A DNA stretch of 64,000 nt from Paragordius varius. Lineage: Eukaryota; Animalia; Nematomorpha. The DNA lies in NCBI GenBank assembly GCA_964247055.1, contig OZ176054.1, forward strand, positions 3,224,001-3,288,000, given 5' to 3'. Numbering within the stretch: position 1 is the first letter of the stretch; each line of letters begins with the position of its first letter. Shown in pieces: positions 1-12,100 of this stretch. A program made the position numbers and the translations under genes. Under the pieces are notes generated by a model, which did no database searches, had not been told where the DNA came from, and saw nothing but the letters and a program-made list of their open reading frames with translations.

Positions 1-750
1 TTCTAATGAGGTATTTAACAGTCTATTATCTTTTGGGGAAGTTATATATCCCAGAGCAATTTGGAATATGAATATCTTAGTATTTATGGTATTAAGCGGA
101 ATTGAAAAATTTTTTTAGGCGCATTAAATTTTTTTTTAATAACTGTAAAATTGTAAATAATCCTCATCTCAAACTTTTTTGCCGCCATTTTTTATAATTT
201 TTTATATCGCTTATGCAACAGGCATTTAGTATATTATAGTTAAAAGTGTAAAGAATTAAGTTTAAAAAGCTTGGCTACATTTTCCAGCAAAAACTTGACT
301 AAATATCAGCTGTTCGTTTCAATCGTGTTTTGGAGCTGTACCAATTTTAAACACCAGATGTCACAAAACTGAAAATATATTTACATGAGATTGTAATGAA
401 ATTTTAGTAAAATAACCTTCAAATGCGTAGTTTATTAAAATTATTAAGCTCTGGGATCTATCTCAATATGTAAACTGGGACAAAAAAGTGAAAAGGTAAT
501 GAAGTGAGCATGAAAAAAACGAAAAAAAATCACACTTGTTCACGCACACATAAAAATTGTTTTCCATATTGACAATTTAATAGATCCATATAACCAATAA
601 TTTGATTGTTAAGACTGTTTACTAAATTCCTGAGCTACAAAAAATTCAGCAACTAAAAATATTTACATTTGCCATTAGGGTGTTAATCTGTTTTGATAAG
701 TTCCAATGTAATCACGGATAAGTTGTGAATTCAGTTTATGCATTTTAAAG

Positions 751-3700
751 TAAAATGAGAATAACTGTATTTGAAAGCTCTGAATATATGAGGAGTTACT
801 CAAACCTTATTAAATTGTTTTTTGCACATGCTCGAAGTTTTAGAAATGTTTTTGAGATATAAAATTAAAATAATAATTAGATTTGGGGGTGAATTATTTT
901 ATGCTTTCTGCCTATAATTTTTTATTTTAACTAAAAAGTTTAAATAAATAAATAATTATTTCTAAAGCGAAATCAAATCTCAAGAACAAACATGGGAAAA
1001 TTGGTACTCAGGTACCTTGGAAAGCCCAAATTCATCCATTCTTACCCCATTTGTTCTAACGACCGTTGTTTTAGGTTATAAGCAGCTCTTAAAATTTGCC
1101 AAACGCCCCAAAGAGCCTACAGTTAAAGGTTTTAAATTATAATCTGTAAATTTTTAAATAAATTTTATATTTTTTATTACACATTTTGAGAATAATAGTT
1201 TAGAACAAGGGTCGCCAATATGCGGCCCGCGAAAAATTCGTAAATCTAAAGTTTGCAAGTATATTTCATAAAATCTTAATTTATTCAATTGGACACAAAA
1301 TAAATATTGTCTTCTTTTCTCATTTTACAGTCTTTATGTTTGAATATTAATAAAGTATTAACGAATATCCATCTCTATTTTAAGTGCGGCTTGCGAAGCT
1401 GTGTTTGGCTCCCCTAGTTATGAATAAATGTCAAATTTTGTTAAGACCTCACCAAATTTTATAAAAAAATTTATTAAATAGAATTTTTTAATCTGTAGCT
1501 GTTGAAAACCATGAAAAGTTTTTAGCGGATCATAAAGAATATTTCCCAGATTCGGAAGATTTGAATGGGGCCATACATGCCATATTGCGACTCCAATATG
1601 TTTATGGACTTGATACGGAAAGGTTGGTACAAGGTATGGGTCAAAAATTATTGGGCTCTATATCAGGTATAAACAATTTTGGGATAAATTAAAATTAATA
1701 AACTAAATCTTGTTACAATACATATTGAAAATGAATCGCTTATCTTCCTTAAATTCTTAAGCAGATCTGTCTCACCAATTTTATATAAGTTAAATAATTT
1801 AAAATGGACCTTTTCTGACCAGTAACCAAAAAAAAGATTTTATAACTAATGAAGTCGTTTATTGTAAGCGGACCTTGTACAATGGAAATATTACACAATC
1901 CAAATACATTTAATGATAAAAATTATAAAGTTTAGTTCTCTAAATTTAAATTTCCAAGTCAAACTTAGCATATTAATTATAATATGATATTTTTTGTGTA
2001 AATGATAGCTAATGATTGTTTTGATATTGGAAAAAAGGCTTACGCCGATGATAAGTATGAGCAAGCCAGTTCCTGGTTCAAACAAGCTCTACTAAAATTA
2101 AATAATGAAACTAATGATAAGAAAGACTTCCGAACCTTGAAATTTTCAATATACGAATTCAACGCATATTCATTCTATCGGGTAAATATATTTTTTGGAG
2201 ATTTTTTAATTAATTTGGGTTTAAAGATTTAAAATACCATCTTTAAGCGAAAATATCAAAACAGTTAGAAAATTATTTTTCCACAAAATCATCATTTTTG
2301 GATATGAAGAAAAATTTGACTAAGGAAAATATTTTAATTTCGAATATTTGTCCTTAAAACACATTTTTATTTTTTTATTATATATCTAGCAAGGAAATTT
2401 GTATGGAGCTTTGAGGCATACACAGGAGCTCTTGAATTTAGGTTGGTAATTATAATTAATTGTTGCTAAGTCATGGGTTTTGATATTATTTTTAACTAAT
2501 AACGAACTAAAAAATTTGTGTATTTTGTAAAAATTGATTGATTCCCAAGGTTATGTTTTTATTAAAAAGTATAATTAAAATATCCATAAATATTATAATT
2601 TGCTGGCGAAAAATTAACTGATCGTTATAAGGAAATCATAATTAAATGTTTGTAAAATGCAGCGGGTTTTACTTCCATGCTATAGGGATGACAAAAAAGC
2701 ATATAAAACTGCTTTTATTTTCGACATTATTTGAAATTTTACCTACCTCCTTACTTTAAAATTTGGAAATAGCCATATGGCTTCAAAAAAACAAAATTCT
2801 GCTTACAAATTTTAATAAATTGACTTTTCCAATTTTTTTTTGTTAATTACACCCTTCAAATCAATTTTTTATAAGCGTCTTCCAAAAGGTCTGATTCTAT
2901 TTGACTAGCATGTGGAAAATAAAAATTTTTTCACGATTGCCCTTAATTTTTCTAAGTGTCCAAGAGGGATGGGCATAACCCCAAAGTTGAGACTATCACG
3001 TTAATTTGTATTAATACAAAGATAGCAATCATTCGACGGCTCAACAAAATGCAGAATGGTATGAAAATGAGCTAAACAGACATATAGCAGAAAATCCTCA
3101 AAATCTGATTGAACAAAAAGCCAAATTCGTGAATTGGGGTCAGTACACTCGCATACCCGATCGCGCGAGCTATTTTGGGTTATGCACTGATCGAATTGAA
3201 CAAAAACATGGAAAGGTATAAACCTTTTATCAAAAATATAAGTACAGTAAAAATCTAAATTATACGGACTAAATGTAAAAACTATAGACAAATCTTTTTT
3301 TTAAAATACCGACCGCTATACTTTTTAAACTTGATTTTTAAATATAAACTCACTGTTTATCATAGAGACTTAAATAGGTAACGCAATCAATTATATTTAC
3401 AAATGAAATTAAAAAGTTTTTAAGAAAAATTAAGGAATAAAAAGGTATGCATTTGATAAAAAAACATTTAAATTTTAGTATGGAATCTATGCATTGTCTT
3501 GTTTAATTTAAATTTTTACAGTATATACAACTATATATATATTAAAATTTAAACTTTCCCTTTATATATATATATATATATATTTATCAAATGCGTAATA
3601 TCGAATTTGCGAAATTCTGTTTTGTAATATTGGAACAAGGACTTCGGACTACTTTTATTTATTTCGATCGTGTGTGTAGAAAACATGTAAAATTCAGGAT

Positions 3701-6700
3701 TACAAGCATCCAATGTTAAAATATGAACGATTCCAATATGAAATACTGTACAAACGTCCACGTATCGTCATATTCTACAATGTTTTAACAAACTCAGAGA
3801 TTTCTCAGCTAATTAATCTTTCATTGAAACAAGTATATTTTGAAACGAATAAATCAAACGGTACAACGTGTTAACACTTCTTGAAATGGCGTTGTTAATA
3901 ATTAATTGTCATATAAAATTAAAATTATTCCCATTTTTTATGTTTCTAAATGATTTTATTTTCAATTTAAAACAGATTCAAGGACTAAAAAGCATGTAAT
4001 AATTTTTAAATTTATGCAACGCTTTTTCTAAATTAAAGGTCACGTCTACAATCAAATTGACCACTATTATGTTACAAAAATATAATACTTTAATAAATTT
4101 TTATTTACAAAAACATAAGAGGACTTTAACTTAATAAATAAGCAAACTAACGCTATGCAGCATTATATTTAAAAATTTCGGATTAAAACTTAATAAGATA
4201 CAATTTGTTAAACCAAAGTATGACCCACCATATATATATATATATATATATGTATTATTTATGAATTTGTAATACTAACAAATAAAAATGAAAGTTATAT
4301 AATGAATTTTTTCAATAAAATTAATTAATTAATTAATTTGCAACTTATTTGAATATTCGGGGTTATTTTAATTTAATTCAAATTTTACAATGAAAAGAGG
4401 CATCTTTTTGCAAGATAAGAAGACCATTCATCTCTTTTAAGTTAAAATATACAATTAAACCGTTAAAAACTTTTTTTAACTTCCGTGTTTTTCTCTTAGA
4501 GTCTATAAAATATATTTGCTAAAAATTATTTCTTATTTCTTATGTCTAATATATTAGCTTAAAAGAGCTACTGTCGTAAACCCACAAAACTATTCCGACA
4601 AAATTGTTGAGGAAAGGGTTAGCAAAAGGTAATTGCATTTTAATATAAACACCAATTTTACAAATTTTTTTAAGAATTTTTAAAATAATTTTATACTTTT
4701 TTTAAAAACAATTTGAATTAAAAAAAGCAAACCCATTTTTTTGTTGAAAAACCACTTTTTCATAATAGGTCTTGGCACAACAATGATCATCCGCTAATGA
4801 ATACACTTAACAAACGAATTACAATTTTAACCGGAATGAATGCTGAAAAATCCGAAATTCTACAGGTTATTATTAAATAAGGCCTTTCGATGCCTTTGAA
4901 AAAATTGATAATTAAAATAAAGGAGGGTAGCAAATATTATTAAGAGTAAAATATATAGATACAATAATCAAAAAGCAAATATTTTTTTAAAAAGACAACC
5001 ATACTACATAATCTATGTAATTACAATTTTGAAAGGTGTTAAAATCTCTATTGCACTTATGCGACTTGAAACGACTAGGTATATTAAAATACCGAAGTAT
5101 AGCTCTCTTTGTAAAAATATGAAAATCATTTTTAAAAAATTATTTAAGAAAAAATAATATTTTACTCAAACAGATTGGTAATTATGGGATTGGGGGCCAT
5201 TATGATCCACATTATGATTTCTCAAACGTAAGTTTTGCTATATTCTTGCGTCAGTATTTTAATTAACACACCAAAAAATTGAAATTAATTTTATTTCTCC
5301 AAAATAAATGGTGTTTTCAAAAAAAATTATTTCTGCATTAATATTTTTAAAGGATCCAAAAAGTCCAATCTCCGCTAGACTTGCAACGTTTATGTTTTAT
5401 GTAAGTTTTTAATTTTATATTTTTCCAAATTTCAATTTTGTATCAGGGTTTGGAACCGGTTTAAAAAAAGTTGAATCGGGTCGGTTCCTGAGCAAGAGGA
5501 ACCGGAACCGCATTGGTTCTTTAAAAATTTAGCGGTTCCGGAACCGGTTTTTTACATTTAGAACGGTTCCATTTTCGGTTCCTGACTTTTGATTAAATGA
5601 TTTTCAACCAAAATTATTATAATAATAATCCAACCAAAATATTGACAATATAAATTGCCAAATGTATAGTGAAAGAAATATAGTTTAGCATAATAAATGA
5701 AACAAATTATAAAAATATAATAGGAAAATGTATGAGTACAAAGGTATATAATGAGTGTTAAACAAGTATGGCATCCAAAAATTCTTTATTTAACTTTAAA
5801 AAATTACTACACCAAGTAATACGCTGGTCAAACTGCTTCTCTGGTCTTTCTATATAAAATTAAGGGTGAAAAAACTCCTTTCAACGGAGATCAATATATA
5901 CTAACATATGTATTATAAAAACTCTTGAAGCCAAATCACCCAAAATTGAGAGAGTATCGCTAATATAATATTAGGCGTTTAGTTTTAGGTTTGAAATTTT
6001 AAGTATTTAATATGTAGTGGTACAATCAAATTTAAATAATAAAATAAAATTTTTATAATAATAATCATATGGGAACCAGTAATTAAGGGGTGAAACCGGA
6101 ACCGGATTGGTTCCTAAATTTTTTTAGATAGAACCGGGGTGGTTCCTGAAATTTTGGAATCGGTACCGGGATGGTTCCCGGGGAAGCAGAGCCGGAACCG
6201 CGTTAGTTCCATCCCAATGGAACCGGTTCTTGTTAAAATCCCAGGAACCAGTTCCAAGCGGTTCCGGTTCCAAGCCCTGTTTTTTATTTAATTTTTTATA
6301 AGATCATAAATCTTGTTAGTTGAGTGACGTCGAAAAAGGTGGTGCAACTATATTTCCGAAATTGGGCCTCCGAATTAAACCGCAAAAAGTTATTTTCTTT
6401 TATTTATCATATTTATGTAAAAAAAATTTTGTGGTAAAGTTTAGAATAACAAACAATCGAAATATAATTAAAATTTTCCGATGATAGAGCACAATATTTC
6501 ACAAACCCGACTTGGATTGAGCAAGATTTGTTTTTTTAGAAAAAATTTCTTAATGTAATAAACTATTAGATTAGACCGATTACGACCAATAAATTTTTAA
6601 AAACCTCTAACTTATTTATATTTTAAACGGATGGTTTATATTTAAACTAGGCACTAATTTTATGTTTTAGGGGGCCGCTGTATTCTGGTACAATATCCAT

Positions 6701-8055
6701 GTAAATGGTTCAGGTGATTTATCTACAATGCACGGCGCTTGTCCGGTTTTAATTGGTTCCAAATGGGGTATTATGATTTACACAAATACACCAATTGAGT
6801 CATTTTTTAACTCGTTAACATCACTCAAATATATTATATATTTTTAAAAATGGAAAATTCTAGCTTTGTGATCTGTTTCCGGAAAACCGGTAGACCCATT
6901 CGAATCCAAACATCATAAAAATATTTTTAATGAATGCCCCGACAATAGCTTCGCCCTTTTTTTGAAATAGGCCCCCAGTTAGGGCCCACCCCGTGTGAAA
7001 AACGGTTTTTTTAAAACACAACACAAAAATCGTGTCTTTGAGACAAGGAGAACGCGTTGGACCATTCAATTTAAAATATTTTACTTATTTTCGATTGCGC
7101 CGAACATAGTCGGCTCGCTTTTTTCATTTAGGCCCTCTTTTTACTCGCTCCCCCCGTAAAATGCCATTTAAAAAAAACAAAGTCCACAAAAATAATTTTT
7201 TGATTCTATTTTCCCAAGGTATAAGACCGTAAAAATTCAATAAGGATTCCATGTATTCCCTGTTAAAAGGCAAAAATTTTAGTCAAGCGTTTTTTTGATG
7301 ATAGCTACTAGGTAAGGGTATGTGGATCATTTTATTGTCCCTTTTTTCAAATAGCCCCCCTGAAGTCCGAAGGACTTCTCGGGCTGCGTAGAAGCACGAG
7401 ATTTACGCTAGTATATTTATATATTTTTTTCTACAACAAACATTAAGGTTGGGTTTCACCGGTTATAAATGGTGCTTTCATTGATACATTAAATCAAATT
7501 AAGCCCGTGACATTATGAAGGCTTTTAAGATATCTCGATTGAAATCAGACCAAAAATTTTAAAGGGCCACAAAAAATATTTATGTTGCTTAGGGCTGCGC
7601 ACCATATAATACCGTATTTTTTTCTAGTTGTTAATATTTTTAGATATTTATACTCAATATAAGTGTATAAATTTTAATATATGATTCCGGGCCATTAAAA
7701 AGCACTTTTAGGCCCGTGATTTGAGTACGACTGATCCAAATAGCAATTTTATACAAACGTAAAATAATGCATAATTAAAATTCTTTAATCAATTAAAAGT
7801 TAATCCATATAAACAATCGTTTCAAAATTAATAAACCTTTCTAAAAGGTGTTTTAAAGTTTTTGTTGACTTGTATTAAACGTGAATTAGCTTTATTAGCT
7901 GTCAAGCATTTTGACCTGTAAATAGCCAAATTAAACACAAATATGTATAATTTCAATTCATTCAAAATTTATATTACATTTATTATACAGTGGCTAACAA
8001 ATGGCTTCGCACATATTCCGATAAATGTAATAATGATTGCTCCCATAGAAAATGA
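751..8055 (+). CDS. P4HA: Prolyl 4-hydroxylase alpha subunit (5' exons missing or upstream of the window)
   Basis: Phase-consistent GT-AG exons: 751-836 and 1075-1128 (both tentative), 1499-1666 (FPDSEDLNGAIHAILRLQYVY), 2009-2181 (ANDCFDIGKKAY), 2390-2441, 3022-3215, 3680-3832 (PRIVIFYNVLT), 4558-4628 (LKRATV..RVSK), 4769-4865, 5174-5227 (IGNYGIGGHYDPHYDF, HxD), 5353-5400 (RLATFMFY), 6320-6388 (LSDVEKGGATIFP), 6671-6767 (AVFWYN..MHGACPVLIGSKW), 7991-8055 (VANKW..TGA). Fe-binding H-x-D...H and the 2-oxoglutarate-binding Lys are present. Confidence 0.92.
5444..6279 (+). mobile_element. Non-autonomous hAT-type MITE (GGAACC/GGTTCC-rich family), copy 1, in a P4HA intron
   Basis: TIR CAGGGTTTGGAACCGG / CCGGTTCCAAGCCCTG; 8-bp TSD TTTTGTAT/TTTTTTAT; many subterminal GGAACC motifs; internal sequence shared with 62525-63316. 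Confidence 0.85.
6821..7411 (+). mobile_element. Non-autonomous Helitron-like element in the last P4HA intron
   Basis: A|TC 5' end (tentative); imperfect hairpin followed by CTAG|T at 7408-7412; about 370 bp (6840-7220) homologous in reverse orientation to 22910-23285. Confidence 0.55.
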
Positions 8056-8084
8056 ATGTGATACAATTTATCTAAATAAATAAA

Positions 8085-8285
8085 TTATTTATCGTTATTA
8101 TCAATGATATTAGTAATTTCGGTATTAACAACATTTTGTAAATCTTTCATTTTTTCCAAACATTCATCAATGTTTTTTGGATCATTAAATGTTTTCTCTA
8201 AATTAAGCATTGTTTTGCCATCCAATGATAATGTAAACTTTGCCGATTGGGATGCAGTGTAAAGCGCAGATTTACTATTGATCAT
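8085..8285 (-). CDS. 66-aa small protein, candidate GON7 (KEOPS/EKC subunit)-like, directly downstream of and in frame with TRAPPC1
   Basis: Intact ATG-to-TAA ORF in AT-rich DNA. Helix IDECLEKMKDLQNVVNTEITNII fits the L..L..LQ..IN..LT..M pattern recalled for fungal Gon7. The homology is inference only. Confidence 0.55.
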   Translation of the reverse strand: MINSKSALYTASQSAKFTLSLDGKTMLNLEKTFNDPKNIDECLEKMKDLQNVVNTEITNIIDNNDK

Positions 8286-8288
8286 GAG

Positions 8289-9065
8289 TTATACGAATGT
8301 ACCCTTAATATATTTGTCAATTATAACATCAATTTCCATCAATAAAGTTTTCGGTCCTATGTGTTTATTTTGGTCAGAAACCGTGAGATTAGCTTGATAA
8401 CAATTTGGAAGCTCTATTACTGGATTAACAATGTAATATGGAACTAAAGCATGCGAATATAACCGCTTAAGTAAAAGTTTAACATCTGATTGTGTTGAGA
8501 GCTTTTGAAGATTGATTTTATCCAAAGACAATTGAGATTTAGAAGAGGTGTTAAGAATAAAGACATAATTTGTAGGCGTTGAAAAACAATGAATTTTATA
8601 ATTATTGGTCGTTATGGAATAATAAGAGTTGTCAAAATTTAGAGATTTTCCGCTCAAAGAATTTTCTACTTGTGCAGTTGTTAATAAGTTTGAGTAATTT
8701 TGATTGATCACAAGCTTTTTAAGGGCTTTAGTTGGAGATTGAGCGAACTTATCCAAAGTTTTTTCTTTTTTATCGCTTACATTAAAAGCGTTTCCTAATG
8801 CATCTATAGAAATTTGTTCCGGAGACGATAAAGATTCAGTTAAAGAATTACTTTGGATTGAAAGCACGTTGGTATAATTAACTTCACGAATTCCTGGGGG
8901 TTTTAATATTTTACCAAAAAATGTTTTGGACGAGTGAATAAGTCCAAAAACTAGTTTAAATTCTTCTTCTCTTGAAATATTTGACAGCTTCTTACGATCC
9001 CATTCTTTATATACAATACAATTTCCAAAACGATCAAATATATACAAATTATATATCGTTATCAT
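8289..9065 (-). CDS. TRAPPC1: TRAPP complex subunit 1 (BET5), single-exon ORF with a large low-complexity insertion, 258 aa
   Basis: MITIYNLYIFDRFGNCIVYKEWDRKK..EEEFKLVFG and TNNYKIHCFSTPTNYVFILNT..LYSHALVPYYIVNP match TRAPPC1 (MTVHNLYLFDRNG..EEEYKLMYG; TSRYKLHYYETPTG..KNP). Confidence 0.9.
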   Translation of the reverse strand: MITIYNLYIFDRFGNCIVYKEWDRKKLSNISREEEFKLVFGLIHSSKTFFGKILKPPGIREVNYTNVLSIQSNSLTESLSSPEQISIDALGNAFNVSDKKEKTLDKFAQSPTKALKKLVINQNYSNLLTTAQVENSLSGKSLNFDNSYYSITTNNYKIHCFSTPTNYVFILNTSSKSQLSLDKINLQKLSTQSDVKLLLKRLYSHALVPYYIVNPVIELPNCYQANLTVSDQNKHIGPKTLLMEIDVIIDKYIKGTFV

Positions 9066-9123
9066 GGTGTTTTAATACCCCATATAGTTGGTTAAAGGTT
9101 TAAAATTATTATCATATGGTACC
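9066..9123. promoter_or_regulatory. Putative bidirectional promoter/5'UTR region between TRAPPC1 and COASY (58 nt between ATGs)
   Basis: Head-to-head start codons at 9065 (-) and 9124 (+). Inferred from gene arrangement only. Confidence 0.5.
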
Positions 9124-12100
9124 ATGTGGGAAGGACTGCTAATAGTAAATTCAAAAAAATCGGATTTAAATAATTATTTTAAATTTGCCCATCTAAAAAC
9201 ATTATTCATCTATATTTTACCCGCGCTACATAACAATATTATCGAAACCATACATTTTGTGGAAAAATTATTTAATCATTTCACAAAACACTATAAAAAG
9301 TATATATTTTCTCTATAATAGTTTAGATGTAAGGATTCTTACCTCTCATTACAAAGATATATATTACAAATACAAATTTTTACCGCCAAATATATATGCG
9401 CATACAATTGATGGATTTATTAACATAATTCAGCAAAACTTTATTTGTGGACAACCAAATCTTGAAGAAGTTAATTTTCTTGAGCAGAATGAAATCAATA
9501 ATTTTGGTCAATTAGAGAAATTCAAAGTTTTTAGAAAGAGTGCTTTAGGTGGAACGTTTGATCGTTTGCATAATGGACATAAATATCTTCTAACCATCGC
9601 TTGTTTATATACCAAGGAAGTATTGACATGCGGTGTAACGCACGAAAAGTTATTAAAAAGTTAACTTTTTATATGATGTTTTTGCAACAAAATTAGCAGC
9701 CATTGTAATTATATTTTTTACGTATAGAAAAGGAATTGTATGATATAATTTATCCGCTGGATGTACGGATGCAAGATGTTGATAAATATTTGAATTCCAT
9801 TGCGCCAGATTTAAGGTAAAGTAGTATTGTTTGAGCAAAAATTTAAAAAGACTATATTCTAAACTTCTTTGCATATGTGTGATTATACAATTTTTGCGAC
9901 TTTATTACTTTTGGAGTAGTTGACTCCAAAGCGATTTTATCATTAATTATACTATACTTGGATCAAAGGATTACTTAATACAGTTGACTACTTTATGCAA
10001 TATTCGAGATAAAACTCTCTATAAATCGTGATTTCTAGCTTTATTTAGTTTTGGCAAGATTAAATTAGTTTCTTTTTATCGTTCAACCTGGATCCTCTTC
10101 GGCCCTTTTTACATTGATCTCTGACCTTTCCCAACATTGAATACTTCGTTCAAGAACTAAATATCAAATGTGACCAAATTAAAATAAATTGGCTTAAGGG
10201 CCCAGGCAACAATGACATATCAGGGTAGAATGCATTCAAAATTGTATTTTTTGTGATTTTGTCACACCATTATATTTGAAAGGTTTGTTTGATAAGAATT
10301 TAAATATTTGCTGTTTCTTTGAGAGTCTCTATTTTACACCCCATAATGAAATATGGAAAAGCATGTAAATAGATATAATTTAAAGATTGTTAAAACTTCC
10401 TAGCTTATCCGCCAAATATAAAATTATTCGCAAGATTTTATCTACAACTTGCAAATAAATATTATGATTAAAAAATTAAAGTATTTGTGAAAACGCGTAA
10501 AATTTTAACATCAAAATCATAACATGATTTTTTATCGTCAACATATCAGTGTGCGTGATAAGGCACAGCTAGTGTTTTTATACTAACATTTTATTACTTG
10601 TTTGGGTAGTTTTATATCCCCGGGCGCTGTTTAATTAAATCTTTAAAAGTATTTAAGATATTGGGCCAACTCTAAAATATACAAACTTTCGTCTTTTATT
10701 TTCAATTTCTTAAAAAAATGTAAAACATAATCCTCATCAACCTGTTTGCCCACTATTACTTAGATTTTTTAAAAATCAATATGAAATCAATTGTTTATTA
10801 TTAAAAAATCATCATCATGATTATCAGGTCGTTGTTTTTCCAGCAGTTGTTAGCCTTTAAATTTTTGAGCGAAATAACTTGCGAGCGAGACAGTCGTCTA
10901 ATGTAGAAATTTAAGTCAGTAAGTTTTTCAATTACATCAGAGCATTAAATTTTTTATCTTTATTAATTTTAAATCAGCTGTTTGTTTCAAAGGGTATTTG
11001 GAGTGCCGTTGTAATATAAGTTTTTTATCTGATAGAAGAAACCACTGCGATATAAAACTACCCCAAATTGTAATCGTATCGCTAATTAAAATTTTAAAGG
11101 TAATATAGTGTTAATCATTCGATTTTGCTATTTTTTCTCTTGTTTATATAACCGACTAGTTTTATAATTTTAAATTAAAATATGTTCTTTTTACAGGTTT
11201 AACATTGTCCCATTGCATGATGTATATGGGCCGACCATTTTTGATCCTGATATCGAATGTTGTTTCCTAACGCCGGAAACGACTTCCGGTGGTAATGTTA
11301 TAAATGTTGAACGTCAAAAACGGGTACATATGTTTAATATAATAAAAAAAGTTGTTTTTGATTTGATGAAACTTATTTGGATTTTTTTAGGACAAAAAAT
11401 AATACTTATAGCATCATAAATTACATGTTAATAAATAATGTATTATATAATATTTCTAGTTAAATATATTTTAAATAATATAAGGTGCAAAAGATTCACT
11501 CCATCAATAATGCTTAAAATACAGTATTCCAAAAATTTAAATTATTAAGGTTTTGGAATATACCCATTCATAATTTTATATGCTATATAAAAATGGAAAA
11601 TAATTTGACATATTCTTGCAGAATTTGGGACCATTGCATCTTTATACCATTTCCTACATTGATAAAGACAACAATATTACAGCTCAAAACATTACATCGA
11701 GTCAAGACAATGCTCATCATTTAAAATTAAGTTCAACTCAACTGAGAAAAGAATCCCTTGGACAATTGGATATATATGTATGAATATAATTTAGTAATTT
11801 TTGATTCAGTTTTGTGATGATTAAAAAACTAAATCTTTTTCGAATAATTAAAGAACATGAGTAAAAAAAATAGCATAAGTTTTATAATTAAAATAGAGAG
11901 TTTTTTTACGATATACACTGTATTTTGTGGTTCAATGTTGAATTATTTTATTGGCAAATAGTTTTTAAAAATTAAAAATACTTACAGTGTTTTGTTATTT
12001 AAATTATTGTGGAATCACCAGTATATTACATAGCATCTTTTATCTCAATATAATTTTTCTTTTATTTTAGAAACACCATCTCTCCGCACACAATAATGGT

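Noticed and set aside
1634-1666. 33-nt micro-intron in P4HA
   Set aside because: Splicing it leads to an early stop. Reading through (GMGQKLLGSIS) and using the donor at 1667 restores the alignment.
3001-3761. Minus-strand ORFs 3001-3291 and 3549-3761 (also 1891-2085)
   Set aside because: Antisense shadows of P4HA exons.
8286-8291. Reassigned TAA codon (alternative genetic code) explaining the TRAPPC1-ORF continuity
   Set aside because: TAA terminates SNU13, the GPCR, JMJD6 and M3A, and no conserved domain contains an internal TAA.
9257-9664. COASY as a frameshifted pseudogene or programmed +1 frameshift
   Set aside because: A canonical GT-AG 22-mer restores frame and homolog spacing, and the same intron class recurs in four other genes.
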